Part shown: positions 37,936 through 47,628 of the stretch, in pieces
Numbering within the stretch: position 1 is the stretch's first letter
Layout of the letters: each line of letters begins with the position of its first letter
IMG/VR virus record: IMGVR_UViG_3300025276_004419
Span: 66,027 to 130,026 of that record
DNA: 64,000 nt
Source of the DNA: a virus
Reading direction: 5' to 3' (one strand)
Translations under genes and position numbers: made by a program
The notes under the pieces: generated by a model
What the model saw: only the letters and a program-made list of their open reading frames with translations
Database searches by the model: none
Told to the model about the DNA's origin: nothing

Positions 37936-38576
37936 TGCCTAGCCCTAAACCCATAAGTAAAGAACAAATACTAGCAGCTATGTCTCAAACATTGAGCAAC
38001 AAAGCAGCAGCACGTTATTTACACGTTTCGTATACACATTATAAAAGGTGGGCTAAAACATATGATGCGACTGAAGATGGTTATAATAGCCTATTTGATC
38101 AACAACTAAACCAAGCAGGTAAAGGTATACCTAAATTCTTAAGAGCAGATGGACCTGAACCAGCATTACTAGATATTATTGAAGGTAGAATTGATGCCTC
38201 ATCATTCAGTCCAGATAAATTAAAATACAGATTAATAACTGAAGGTTATTTAAAAGAGGAATGTTCAGTATGTGAATTCCACGAACGTAGAGTAAGTGAT
38301 TATAAAATACCATTATTACTTAACTTTAAAGACAATAATAAAAATAATTATCGTAAGGAAAACATTGAATTACTCTGTTATAACCATTATTTCCTACAAG
38401 TAGGAGATATATTTAGCGACAAACAGATTAAGGGTATAGAAGACCACGTACCAACATATCAAAGTGAGGTAGAATGGGAATTAAGTGATTATCAAAAAGA
38501 ACAAATGGAATCATTAGGATTAGGTAACCCTACAGACAATGATGATGATCCTTATTCATTAGTATCTAGACGATGA
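37935..38576 (+). CDS. HTH + degenerate HNH-like protein
   Basis: SNKAAARYLHVSYTHYKRW; CSVC...LLLNFKDNN.NN...NIELLCYNH. Confidence 0.6.
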   Translation: MPSPKPISKEQILAAMSQTLSNKAAARYLHVSYTHYKRWAKTYDATEDGYNSLFDQQLNQAGKGIPKFLRADGPEPALLDIIEGRIDASSFSPDKLKYRLITEGYLKEECSVCEFHERRVSDYKIPLLLNFKDNNKNNYRKENIELLCYNHYFLQVGDIFSDKQIKGIEDHVPTYQSEVEWELSDYQKEQMESLGLGNPTDNDDDPYSLVSRR

Positions 38577-38755
38577 AACAACGTAAAAATAAATTAGAAC
38601 GTAAGAAACGTAAACACGATAATTTGGTTAATGATTATGATAATCAAAAATCCAAACATCTTGAAAAACTAGCAACAAAAATGTTGGAAGACCAAGAGAA
38701 ACTTCGTATATTGAAGGATAAGAAATCAGACGGTAAATTTTTAGACCTATTTTAA
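38573..38755 (+). CDS. Basic hypothetical protein
   Basis: 60-aa K/R-rich ORF. Confidence 0.65.
   Translation: MKQRKNKLERKKRKHDNLVNDYDNQKSKHLEKLATKMLEDQEKLRILKDKKSDGKFLDLF
38683..38714 (+). promoter_or_regulatory. Intragenic Bacteroidota-type promoter
   Basis: GTTG-N20-TATATTGA. Confidence 0.6.
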
Positions 38756-39052
38756 ATGGTAAAACGAATTAAAGTAAAAAGTGTAGAGGAGTTTGAAGAA
38801 ATGCTTCAAGAACAAGATCTTAAAATCTCTAAAGCAATAATTGAAATTGCCCTAAAGAATTTAAAAGGTACCAAACGCTTTATACCTATTTTAGAAATTC
38901 ATGTTGAAGACGATGATTCTATATTTGATATAACTTTGGATAGACAAAACATGATTAGTACATTACAGCAGAATTTAGAAATTCATGAGCGTAATGAAGA
39001 TTATGAGGGTTGTGCTCGAATTGCTAAAGCAATACAAGAACTAGAAAAATAA
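38756..39052 (+). CDS. Hypothetical protein with C-terminal UVR-like motif
   Basis: ERNEDYEGCARIAKAIQEL. Confidence 0.6.
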   Translation: MVKRIKVKSVEEFEEMLQEQDLKISKAIIEIALKNLKGTKRFIPILEIHVEDDDSIFDITLDRQNMISTLQQNLEIHERNEDYEGCARIAKAIQELEK

Positions 39053-39056
39053 TTAT

Positions 39057-39542
39057 ATGAAAAAGGTTATATTATTAGGATTACTACCAGTTTTTATTAG
39101 TAGTAATAGTATTGAACCATTAGAAGTATGTTATGAAGAAACTACTATTGAACTTAAGCGAAAAGACATTCAACCTATTACTACAGATAGAGAACTTCTC
39201 AACGCCCTTATTTTTGTTGAGTCTAGGGGTAATGATTCTGCTATTGGCGACAGGCATCTTATAGGCAATGAGGCAGTAGGTGCTTTACAGATTAGACCAA
39301 TTATGGTTAGAGAAGTAAATCGTATTTGTAAAATAACAGGTTCACACCAATACTTTGCCTTAAAAGATAGGTTTGATCGTAATAAATCCATTCATATGTT
39401 TATGATATGGAAAGATTACCACCACAAAAATAATAGTAATGAGATTATAGCTCGTAATTGGAATGGTGGTCCAAGAGGTTATAAGAAGGATAGGACAGTT
39501 AAATATTGGAATAAAATCGAAAAACAATTAAACAATGAGTAA
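39057..39542 (+). CDS. Lysozyme-like / lytic transglycosylase
   Basis: ALIFVESRGN catalytic Glu motif, GALQI, WNGGP; hydrophobic N-terminus. Confidence 0.78.
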   Translation: MKKVILLGLLPVFISSNSIEPLEVCYEETTIELKRKDIQPITTDRELLNALIFVESRGNDSAIGDRHLIGNEAVGALQIRPIMVREVNRICKITGSHQYFALKDRFDRNKSIHMFMIWKDYHHKNNSNEIIARNWNGGPRGYKKDRTVKYWNKIEKQLNNE

Positions 39543-39675
39543 TACAAGCGCAAAACAACGTTACGAAGCATTTACAGAATGGCATGAATGGGCTAAATCA
39601 AAGTACCCATCATACAGAAATGCTGCTAAACAGAAAAAAGCCCCACAACCACGTTTTAGTGAGTATGGTAAGTAA
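39535..39675 (+). CDS. Small hypothetical protein (46 aa, not in track)
   Basis: MSNTSAKQRY...FSEYGK, overlaps upstream stop. Confidence 0.55.
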   Translation: MSNTSAKQRYEAFTEWHEWAKSKYPSYRNAAKQKKAPQPRFSEYGK

Positions 39676-39838
39676 ACTATCAGTATTACAAGTGATGCAG
39701 ATTATGTCTGATGATGATTTTTCATTTTTGATGGAATATGAACCAAACCAAATCTCATCATTATGTAATGCCCTAAGTGTTGAACTACAAGAAGCAAGAG
39801 AAGATGAAAGTATTAGTGATAGGAGAAACTTGTGTTGA
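39665..39838 (+). CDS. Hypothetical protein
   Basis: Track ORF 39584..39838; in-frame ATG 39665 avoids long overlap. Confidence 0.5.
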   Translation: MVSKLSVLQVMQIMSDDDFSFLMEYEPNQISSLCNALSVELQEAREDESISDRRNLC

Positions 39839-40550
39839 TAAATTCGTTTACTGCGATGCTAAACGATTATCACCTGAAGCACCAGTTCCAGTTGTAAACC
39901 CCATAAAATCCATCCAAAACCCTGGCATGGCTGGTAATACGTTTGCTAATGTTAAAGCACTAGCCCCAGATGCTACAATGGCTAGCATTACCCAAAAACA
40001 AAAGATTACAAAAACCCGCTACGTGGAGGAAAAGTCAAACCATATGTTCCTTAGAGTAGATGAAGGTGAAAAATTTGAGGGTCGATTCACTTGGGGTCCA
40101 TTTGCTGATTCAAGCATAGCCGAAGCCGATATTGTAATTGTGAGTGATTATAATAAAGGTTTTCTAAGTAATGCTGATCTAAAAGAAATCGCTCGTAAAT
40201 CTAAATTATCAATTATTGATAGTAAACGTAAGCTTACAAATGATATTATTGAAGGATTTACATTTGTCAAATTAAACGAATCCGAACGTCTAAACAACCC
40301 AGATTTAACTACTGATAATATTATTACTACTTTAGGTAAAAAAGGTGCTGAATACCAAAACATATTATTTGAATCACCTAACCCACTAGATACAATTGAT
40401 GTTTCAGGAGCAGGTGATACATTCGTAGCCTCATTTATAGTAAAATATTACCAATTACAAGATGTTAGATCAGCAATTAAATTTGCTAATCGTAAATCAT
40501 CAGAAGTAGTAAGTCAACGTGGTGTAGCAATTCCAACATATGAAGAATAA
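39804..40550 (+). CDS. hldA: D-glycero-D-manno-heptose-7-phosphate kinase-like (RfaE domain I, PfkB family)
   Basis: VLVIGE..VD, RLSPEAPVPV, GMAGN, VSDYNKG, DVSGAGDTF. Confidence 0.85.
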   Translation: MKVLVIGETCVDKFVYCDAKRLSPEAPVPVVNPIKSIQNPGMAGNTFANVKALAPDATMASITQKQKITKTRYVEEKSNHMFLRVDEGEKFEGRFTWGPFADSSIAEADIVIVSDYNKGFLSNADLKEIARKSKLSIIDSKRKLTNDIIEGFTFVKLNESERLNNPDLTTDNIITTLGKKGAEYQNILFESPNPLDTIDVSGAGDTFVASFIVKYYQLQDVRSAIKFANRKSSEVVSQRGVAIPTYEE

Positions 40551-41355
40551 AGTATTAATTACAGGTGCCGAAGGTTTTGTTGGTAGAAACCTAAAACGAG
40601 AGTTACAATCAGAGTATACAATATTCACATTTGAAGAACGTGAATTAGATTTTGATTGGAGAACAACTATCAAACAAATGTTTGAACAAGGTTTAGAATG
40701 TGTATTCCACATTGGAGCGTGTTCAGACACATTAGAACAAGATGTAAACTATATGATGTTACTTAATTACGAAGTAACTAAATATATCACAGATTTATGC
40801 GTAGAATACGCCGTTAAATTGGTTTACTCATCATCAGCGGCGAATTATGGAGTAAATGGGAGACATCCGTCTAACCTGTATGGTTGGAGTAAATATGCTG
40901 GTGAAGGTTATGTCATCTCAAATGGTGGAGTAGCGTTACGTTATTTTAATGTTTATGGCCCAGGTGAAGAAGATAAAGGCAGAATGGCTTCTGTTGCTTA
41001 CCAAATGTATAAACGTAATCAAAATAATGAGGAAATTAAATTATTCCCTAAAAAACCATTACGTGACTTTGTTTATGTAAAAGATATCATATCAGCTAAT
41101 CTATATGCTTATGATAATCATAGTTTTGTATCTGGAAATTGGTATGAAGTAGGTAGTGGTGATGCTAAGGGATTTGAAGATAAGATGGATATAATGGGAT
41201 TATCTTACACATACCACCCAGAGAATATTATTCCTGAGGGTTACCAATTCTATACTTGTAGTGACAAAAATAAATGGATGGAAGGATGGTTACCTGAATA
41301 TAATTTAGAAAGTGGTTTAGAAGACTACGTTAAATATTTGGCTACCCAAGGTTAG
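40540..41355 (+). CDS. hldD: ADP-L-glycero-D-manno-heptose 6-epimerase
   Basis: TGAEGFVG, FHIGACSDT, YSSSAANYG, YGWSK, RYFNVYGP.E..KGRMAS. Confidence 0.88.
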   Translation: MKNKVLITGAEGFVGRNLKRELQSEYTIFTFEERELDFDWRTTIKQMFEQGLECVFHIGACSDTLEQDVNYMMLLNYEVTKYITDLCVEYAVKLVYSSSAANYGVNGRHPSNLYGWSKYAGEGYVISNGGVALRYFNVYGPGEEDKGRMASVAYQMYKRNQNNEEIKLFPKKPLRDFVYVKDIISANLYAYDNHSFVSGNWYEVGSGDAKGFEDKMDIMGLSYTYHPENIIPEGYQFYTCSDKNKWMEGWLPEYNLESGLEDYVKYLATQG

Positions 41356-41368
41356 GTTCGTATATTCA
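41337..41368 (+). promoter_or_regulatory. Bacteroidota-type promoter
   Basis: TTTG-N20-TATATTCA. Confidence 0.78.
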
Positions 41369-41391
41369 CGGTATAATAATAAATAAAGGTT

Positions 41392-41850
41392 ATGCCGCTG
41401 TTTGAATTTACACATAAAACAAAATATGGTCAATTACGTAAGCGAATTGTCCATAGTGAATCATCTCAATTTACTATCAAACCCGGCTTTGGTAAGTTTG
41501 TTGGTATACGTCCGTTCAAATATATGTCAAGATCCGCACATACACCGGGTTTAACGCGCTCAAATGGTGTCTTGTATATGATACCCGACTGGATAGAGGT
41601 ATTGCCTGAAACCACAGTAAATGATATCAAAGCATTTGAGGTAGAAACTCGTGGTCGCAAAAAAAATACCAAAAAAATCGATAACCCAACTGAATGGAAA
41701 TTCGAATCCAAATCAGATCCAGGCAGCTATTATGTTGTAAAACAAGTTAGTGACTATAAAGTTAGTTGTACATGTTCAGGTCAATATAGAGCTAAGGATC
41801 GTAAGTGTCGTCACATGAAGGAAATAATGTTAGAATTAGGTATTAAATAA
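41392..41850 (+). CDS. SWIM zinc-finger protein
   Basis: YYVV...SCTCSG...KCRH. Confidence 0.75.
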   Translation: MPLFEFTHKTKYGQLRKRIVHSESSQFTIKPGFGKFVGIRPFKYMSRSAHTPGLTRSNGVLYMIPDWIEVLPETTVNDIKAFEVETRGRKKNTKKIDNPTEWKFESKSDPGSYYVVKQVSDYKVSCTCSGQYRAKDRKCRHMKEIMLELGIK

Positions 41851-41856
41851 TAGGTT

Positions 41857-42231
41857 ATGTGTAAGGTTACTTGGTGTAATAAAGAATCATTAAAATATCT
41901 AAATGGGAATTCAAAAGCATATTGCGAGACCCATGTTCAATACAAACAATACGCTGTAAATGCTCCAAATCGCCCTTGGTTAATGTATAAAGTAGAAAAA
42001 GTATTAGCCAATGATTTAATTTGTGAACATTGTAATTTAGATATGGTTAAGCAATTTGGAAAGGAGAATTTCAAATCTATTATTACAGCAATGGATGTTG
42101 ATCATATCGACCCTAGTATTAAAAAAACACCTGAGGGTGAACAACCAAGCAATTACCAATTACTTTGTAAAATGTGTCACATAATCAAATCACATAAAGA
42201 AGGTGATTACACACCAAAAAAATATAGATAA
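41857..42231 (+). CDS. HNH endonuclease
   Basis: CEHC, DVDHIDP, NYQLLCKMCHIIKS. Confidence 0.85.
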   Translation: MCKVTWCNKESLKYLNGNSKAYCETHVQYKQYAVNAPNRPWLMYKVEKVLANDLICEHCNLDMVKQFGKENFKSIITAMDVDHIDPSIKKTPEGEQPSNYQLLCKMCHIIKSHKEGDYTPKKYR

Positions 42232-42581
42232 TGAATAGACAAGCCTCAAAAGTAATGCAAAAGGAGTTTGATAAAGCTAAACTCGAATATCCATTTGAAG
42301 GTGATTTACTTGAAATTCAAAACGAAGCAGGTAAATGGTTACAAACAACTCGAATTACATTTCGCAGTTATGATGGTCCTAGACGCATTACAAATTACGA
42401 TACAGCATTAACAATTGACCCACTATCATACAGCACATCTACTACCTCAAGCTTTACTGAAGAATACAACGGTCCTATCTATTACTATGGAAGTAATCGC
42501 GAAGGTGGTTGGAGAGGCACTTTTAAGGTCGTATATTCACAGGAGTTAGAAATGGATGAGGTAAACAGTAAATACTATTAA
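42231..42581 (+). CDS. Hypothetical protein
   Basis: 116-aa coupled ORF. Confidence 0.7.
   Translation: MNRQASKVMQKEFDKAKLEYPFEGDLLEIQNEAGKWLQTTRITFRSYDGPRRITNYDTALTIDPLSYSTSTTSSFTEEYNGPIYYYGSNREGGWRGTFKVVYSQELEMDEVNSKYY
42508..42539 (+). promoter_or_regulatory. Intragenic Bacteroidota-type promoter
   Basis: GTTG-N20-TATATTCA. Confidence 0.65.
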
Positions 42582-42582
42582 T

Positions 42583-42996
42583 ATGAGTAGAGGTAGACCA
42601 ACAGAATCAGAAGCGGTAGTTAAACAGAAATGGACCCAAACGTTTTACGAAATCCAATCTAAACCAGAATTAGGTTATAAATCGGTTTGGGATTTTGATT
42701 TAAATAAAAGTAAAAACGGGGCATGGAAAGTAGAACATACACCAGCTAAAGATGATAAGCACCCAAAAGTTGTAATAAATAAAAATCAAACATATGGTGG
42801 TGTTTCTGTTGGGATGGTATTTAAAACATCAAAAAACTCAAATGCTAAAACTAAACTTAAGGTTTGGAATAACACAAATATTGATTATATTATTACTCAA
42901 ACTAAATTACCAGGTGTGCCTGATAAATCAGTTATATTGGAGTTAGGAGTAGGCAAAGCACTTATTGACTCCTGGAAACTTAAATATTCTTTATAA
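42583..42996 (+). CDS. Hypothetical basic protein
   Basis: 137-aa ORF. Confidence 0.75.
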   Translation: MSRGRPTESEAVVKQKWTQTFYEIQSKPELGYKSVWDFDLNKSKNGAWKVEHTPAKDDKHPKVVINKNQTYGGVSVGMVFKTSKNSNAKTKLKVWNNTNIDYIITQTKLPGVPDKSVILELGVGKALIDSWKLKYSL

Positions 42997-43025
42997 TATT
43001 TATAACATATAAATTAAATTAGATT

Positions 43026-43706
43026 ATGGCTACTAGAGCACTTATTGGTTATTTAAATCCAAACAACACAATTACTACCACATACAATCATTTTGATGGT
43101 TACCCTGATAACTTAGGTAAAGCATTAGATAGACACTACTCTACAGATGACAAAGCAAAAGAAATTGCTAATATGGGGTATGTTTCATTTGTTGAGCCTG
43201 TAAATGGTGATATTCAAGCTACTCATAAAAGAGCTCCATTAACAGTTGGTGATAGCGATTTAGTTTCTTCATTACAATATTTTAAAGAGGAAGCTGATGG
43301 AACTGATTTTGCCTACCTCTACATCCCAACATTAGATGAGTGGGTTATGTCTCCCACTGCAGAGTCAATGGAAGTATTTGTAGACACATTTATGGATGAG
43401 TTGGGTAGTGATGTAAACGATGATGAAGATGATATGGCTAATTATGATACAATAGATAATATGGAAGAAGGATACAAAGCTAAATGGAAAAAATTCCTAG
43501 GTGAAAACACAGTAGATGAAACAGAATTTAATTTCTTTAATTACATTTTAGGAGATAAATACTCAGACGATGAAATTGAAATGTATTTAAAAAGCGATTC
43601 ATTCCAAGAAGCATCAAGAGATGATGATATGGAAATGGTAGCTAATAATGCTTCAAATTGGGAAAATGAATTCTTTGAATTCTTTGACAATACAGACAAC
43701 GTTTAA
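43026..43706 (+). CDS. Conserved phage protein (YxHxDGYP family)
   Basis: MATRALIG...YNHFDGYPDNLGKAL. Confidence 0.7.
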   Translation: MATRALIGYLNPNNTITTTYNHFDGYPDNLGKALDRHYSTDDKAKEIANMGYVSFVEPVNGDIQATHKRAPLTVGDSDLVSSLQYFKEEADGTDFAYLYIPTLDEWVMSPTAESMEVFVDTFMDELGSDVNDDEDDMANYDTIDNMEEGYKAKWKKFLGENTVDETEFNFFNYILGDKYSDDEIEMYLKSDSFQEASRDDDMEMVANNASNWENEFFEFFDNTDNV

Positions 43707-43724
43707 AAAACGAATTAATTAGTT

Positions 43725-44684
43725 ATGCTTAAAGGACAACAAGGAGGCGATTTCGCCCCAAACGGTTATCAACATACAATAGATGAAGAATTTGGTATAG
43801 GACCAACTCGTGAGGACTTTCAACCCACTGAGGATGGTCCTAATCCTATCCAATCTAAAATGTTTCCCCAATCACAAAATTTAACATCACAACATACAAA
43901 CCCACAATCAAGACAACGTCCTAGAACAGGTATGTCTCCTGATTTAGATAAATTTAAAGATGATGGTAATTTTAACATTAATTTTTCTAAATCAGCACCA
44001 TTAAAAGAACAATGGTCAAAACATAAAGCAGTCAATATTGAAGGTATATTCCCCGATTTACAAGCAAATACAATCCACAATTATTATTATAATCAACCTG
44101 ATGATTGGTGGGATTTAATTTTATATCCTGATGTTGATTACGACTACGAACAAGGACAAATTGATAACCCAGGTTATTATCATATGTACAGAACACAAAA
44201 GGGTGATGAATCAATCCCCCGTAGACTAGCTCATTGTCATGATTTAAATAACAATGGTGACTTTAGTTATGTTTATAGACGTACAAATGATATGCCTACC
44301 CAACAACACCCATACTTAGATTTATTTAAAAGCGAACAATTTAGAAAATATTTAAGTGAAATAACAGGTCACAAAAATTTAGAATTTAGTGAAGGTCATT
44401 CATTTGTTTCTAATTACGAATCAGGTCATTATAATGGTCCTCATACAGATGGAGATAATGGTAGAATAGCATTTGTATTCCATTTATCTAAAGATTGGAA
44501 ACCAGCTTATGGTGGGTTATTTTTAAGAATGGACTGGGATTTTAAAACAATTAATAAAGCAGTTTGTCCTCCATTTAATACTCTTAGTATATTTGACGTA
44601 TCAAATGGCGCTCCACATTTAGTAACTGAAGTAGCACAAGGGATAGATAATAAAAGAATAAGTTTTACAGGTTGGTATCAATAA
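43725..44684 (+). CDS. 2OG-Fe(II) oxygenase (prolyl hydroxylase-like)
   Basis: PHTD (HxD), IAFVFHLSKDW, GGL, HLVTEV, RISFTGWY. Confidence 0.85.
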   Translation: MLKGQQGGDFAPNGYQHTIDEEFGIGPTREDFQPTEDGPNPIQSKMFPQSQNLTSQHTNPQSRQRPRTGMSPDLDKFKDDGNFNINFSKSAPLKEQWSKHKAVNIEGIFPDLQANTIHNYYYNQPDDWWDLILYPDVDYDYEQGQIDNPGYYHMYRTQKGDESIPRRLAHCHDLNNNGDFSYVYRRTNDMPTQQHPYLDLFKSEQFRKYLSEITGHKNLEFSEGHSFVSNYESGHYNGPHTDGDNGRIAFVFHLSKDWKPAYGGLFLRMDWDFKTINKAVCPPFNTLSIFDVSNGAPHLVTEVAQGIDNKRISFTGWYQ

Positions 44685-44688
44685 TATT

Positions 44689-45282
44689 ATGACAAATACA
44701 CAAGTAAGTTTAGAAGCACATTTTGCTACACCAACAGGGTTTGGTTATAATAAAGAGTTAGCAGCACATTATTTACCTATTATTAAAGGTATTTTAAGTG
44801 AACAAGCAGATGAATCGTTTTTCTGGAAAGGTAAAACAACACATAATCAAGATGATTTTAGATTAGCTGAACATCCTGAAATGGATTTAATGAAGGAATT
44901 TGTTTGGGATGTGAGTAAACAATATTTAGAACAAACTGGTTTTGATCCAAATTATCTAAAGGGTGATATATTTTTAATTGCTAATGCTTTAGAAAAAGAT
45001 TCATTCCATAAATCACATACTCACTTTGATTGTGCCTTATCTGGTGTTTGGTACCTACAGGTTCCTGAAAATAGCTCTCCATTAGAGTTTGAAGATCCTG
45101 TATTTGCTCGTCAATTAAGACACATCCCAACTATAGATGATAACAACCCATATACTTGGAAATCAAGTTATTTATACCCAGATGAAGGTTATTATACAGT
45201 ATTTCCTAACTGGCACAGACACGCTGTTTTACCTAATGATAGCCTAGATTCACGCATAGCAATTTCTTGGAATATATCATAG
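44689..45282 (+). CDS. Putative 2OG-Fe(II) oxygenase (TIGR02466-like)
   Basis: HTH, LSGVWYLQVP, LEFEDP, FPNWHRHAV, RIAISWN. Confidence 0.8.
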   Translation: MTNTQVSLEAHFATPTGFGYNKELAAHYLPIIKGILSEQADESFFWKGKTTHNQDDFRLAEHPEMDLMKEFVWDVSKQYLEQTGFDPNYLKGDIFLIANALEKDSFHKSHTHFDCALSGVWYLQVPENSSPLEFEDPVFARQLRHIPTIDDNNPYTWKSSYLYPDEGYYTVFPNWHRHAVLPNDSLDSRIAISWNIS

Positions 45283-45286
45283 AACT

Positions 45287-45883
45287 ATGAGTAAAGTAAC
45301 TATTATAATTGGTCTTTCAGGCTCAGGTAAATCTACCCTAGCTACAACATTACTAAACAAGATAGATGGTCCATGGAGATTTGAAGCCGATTGGGGTGGA
45401 TTTAGTAATTATAAGGTAGATAATGATGGTAATATTGGTGGTTCATTTGATGAAGATTCACGATTTAAACCTTTATGTAACCATATAAAAAATGGAATAC
45501 ACGTTATTTTAGATGGTGCTTATTTTTGTAATCATAAGTTTTTATGTGAAGCAGAATATTATTTAAATTTACATTTTCCTAATATTGAGATAATAAAATA
45601 TTACTTTGAAAATAATCCTAAAGATGCAACAGCAAATGTATTGTTTAGAGAATGGGATGGGGGTAATTATTGGGAAATAAATGAGAATGATGATCTTATA
45701 TTTCATGGGCATCATCACACTGGAGAAGGCCCAGATTATGGAAGAAGACAATATGAAGTGATAATAGAAACTATCAATAAACTTTCTAAAGACTATATAA
45801 TCCCCTCCAAATATCCCCCAATACAAATACAAGTACAAGATGAAAAATTCTATAAAGGGTGGAGAGCATTACTCCGTGAATAA
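45287..45883 (+). CDS. P-loop kinase/NTPase
   Basis: IIIGLSGSGKST Walker A, VILDG. Confidence 0.75.
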   Translation: MSKVTIIIGLSGSGKSTLATTLLNKIDGPWRFEADWGGFSNYKVDNDGNIGGSFDEDSRFKPLCNHIKNGIHVILDGAYFCNHKFLCEAEYYLNLHFPNIEIIKYYFENNPKDATANVLFREWDGGNYWEINENDDLIFHGHHHTGEGPDYGRRQYEVIIETINKLSKDYIIPSKYPPIQIQVQDEKFYKGWRALLRE

Positions 45884-45890
45884 CATAATA

Positions 45891-45922
45891 TTTGGTTACC
45901 GCAAATACCTTTCGTATATTCA
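45891..45922 (+). promoter_or_regulatory. Bacteroidota-type promoter, likely leaderless transcript
   Basis: TTTG-N20-TATATTCA, ATG 5 nt downstream. Confidence 0.75.
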
Positions 45923-45927
45923 CGTAT

Positions 45928-46116
45928 ATGAGAAGACGTGAACGTAAAACATGGAATTTTAAAAAGTATAATTTATCATTCCAATATGAAGGTAAAACAT
46001 GGGAAGTAATCCATAAAACCACAGAACTACTTTACGCAGTTGAGCTAAGCACTAAAGGCTATGCTCAAGGAGCTGTTTTGAAATTCCCCGTGGAAAGTGT
46101 GGTTACTACAAGATAG
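45928..46116 (+). CDS. Hypothetical protein
   Basis: ATG 45928 (track TTG 45892 lies inside the promoter). Confidence 0.65.
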   Translation: MRRRERKTWNFKKYNLSFQYEGKTWEVIHKTTELLYAVELSTKGYAQGAVLKFPVESVVTTR

Positions 46117-46129
46117 GTTCGTATATTTA
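46098..46129 (+). promoter_or_regulatory. Bacteroidota-type promoter
   Basis: TGTG-N20-TATATTTA. Confidence 0.68.
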
Positions 46130-46176
46130 CAGGGTAAATGAGGCGGGAACGCAATTAAAAATTAAAAATAAAGGTT

Positions 46177-46599
46177 ATGATAAAGGTAGGAGATTTAGTA
46201 ATAGTAGAGCGTAAAGGTTTAATAGTAACACCTGCACTTGAAAGTGGTATTAAAGGTGGTACTTTTACTGTGGTTACAAAGTCACGTAGTGGTTTTCCAT
46301 CTGTCTCTACAGTTCAAGCCGATAGCGCTTATCTTGCATTACGTAAATTCAAAATTGGTGCTGTATTAAATGTATCGTTTATGAGCGAGAGTGGGTTCGC
46401 ATTCACAATGTATGCTCGTAATGGTAAAAAAGTACAAATAAGCGAGGAAATTGCTCGTGAGCTGCGTGTTGGTGATATTAATGATGGTAGTGAAATGAAT
46501 AAAACATCATTATACAGCCAGGAACAATACAGAGCAGTTAATTCATCCAGTTGGGCTAGTAAGGTATTTGTAGTGAATGAGGAAAAAGCAGTTGCGTAA
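46177..46599 (+). CDS. Hypothetical protein
   Basis: 140-aa ORF, aaaggttATG start. Confidence 0.75.
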   Translation: MIKVGDLVIVERKGLIVTPALESGIKGGTFTVVTKSRSGFPSVSTVQADSAYLALRKFKIGAVLNVSFMSESGFAFTMYARNGKKVQISEEIARELRVGDINDGSEMNKTSLYSQEQYRAVNSSSWASKVFVVNEEKAVA

Positions 46600-46766
46600 T
46601 GGCTAAGAAACCCAAGTTTAAAGTAGGTGATAAAGTAACATCGTGGCACTGGCCTAATAAGGGTGTGTTTGAAATAGTATTAGAGGTTGATGGTAGGTTT
46701 GCAATTGAAAACCATCAAGTAAGAGCGATTGCTCAAGAACGTGAATTAACTAAAATAGAAGAATAA
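46599..46766 (+). CDS. Small SH3-like protein (55 aa, not in track)
   Basis: MAKKPKFKVGDKV...ELTKIEE. Confidence 0.6.
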   Translation: MAKKPKFKVGDKVTSWHWPNKGVFEIVLEVDGRFAIENHQVRAIAQERELTKIEE

Positions 46767-46769
46767 GTT

Positions 46770-47012
46770 ATGGATTTTATTTACACAGAAGGAACATTAG
46801 AGCGTGGATTTGAAAAATGTCGTGAATATCTTAAGCAAGGTAAAATGGATGAAGCACGTGACACAGCTGATTATTGTATTGCTGTTATTGGAACTGAGCG
46901 TTGGGAAAACGATGCTACAGCTGAAGATAGACTTGATAACGTTACTATTAAAGTATGGTTAAAACGTTTTTGGGTTGACATTTTAGAAAATAATAACTTG
47001 CTTTTAGCATAA
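46770..47012 (+). CDS. Hypothetical protein
   Basis: 80-aa ORF. Confidence 0.72.
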   Translation: MDFIYTEGTLERGFEKCREYLKQGKMDEARDTADYCIAVIGTERWENDATAEDRLDNVTIKVWLKRFWVDILENNNLLLA

Positions 47013-47017
47013 ATTGG

Positions 47018-47188
47018 ATGATTACATATTTACTCATAGGCGTTGGTTGGGATATTTTATATACTTTTATTGCTAACGTTACAGAAAGTAGTAACAAGTT
47101 AAATAATTTAGAGAGAGTAATTTCACTCGTGCTCTGGCCAATTGTTATTATTATATTCGTGTATCATTTAATTAAAGGATTATTATAA
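47018..47188 (+). CDS. Small two-TM membrane protein (56 aa, not in track)
   Basis: MITYLLIGVGW...LWPIVIIIFVYHLIKGLL; TAATG coupling. Confidence 0.6.
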   Translation: MITYLLIGVGWDILYTFIANVTESSNKLNNLERVISLVLWPIVIIIFVYHLIKGLL

Positions 47189-47538
47189 TGAATTGGAAAT
47201 TATTTATAAGTGGAATGTTATTATTCCTATTAGGTCAAACATTAGCTTGGTATCAAACCAATGGGCAATTTATCTCAACTTGGATTAAAGAACATCCAAT
47301 ATTAGTAGCAGCTATAGGTGGTATCCCAGTTGGTTATTCTTATATTTTAGGTACAACCTATTTAGTACAAGCATTTGATGGTGAGGTTTGGCCATCACGT
47401 TTACTCGGTTTTTCTATGGGTATACTAGCATTTACAACATTAACACTAATTCATTTAAACGAAGCAATTACCTTAAAGACTTCTGTAGTACTTATACTCG
47501 CATTAATTATTATCTTAATTCAAGTATTATGGAAATAA
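47188..47538 (+). CDS. Four-TM membrane protein (SMR/DMT-like size)
   Basis: 116 aa, four hydrophobic segments. Confidence 0.7.
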   Translation: MNWKLFISGMLLFLLGQTLAWYQTNGQFISTWIKEHPILVAAIGGIPVGYSYILGTTYLVQAFDGEVWPSRLLGFSMGILAFTTLTLIHLNEAITLKTSVVLILALIIILIQVLWK

Positions 47539-47628
47539 AAAAATTTAAAGTATCCCCAAGCGGTTCAGTAAATGTAGAAAAGGTAATGGAGTGGATTAAA
47601 AATTATATAAAACCAAAACCACTAAAAA

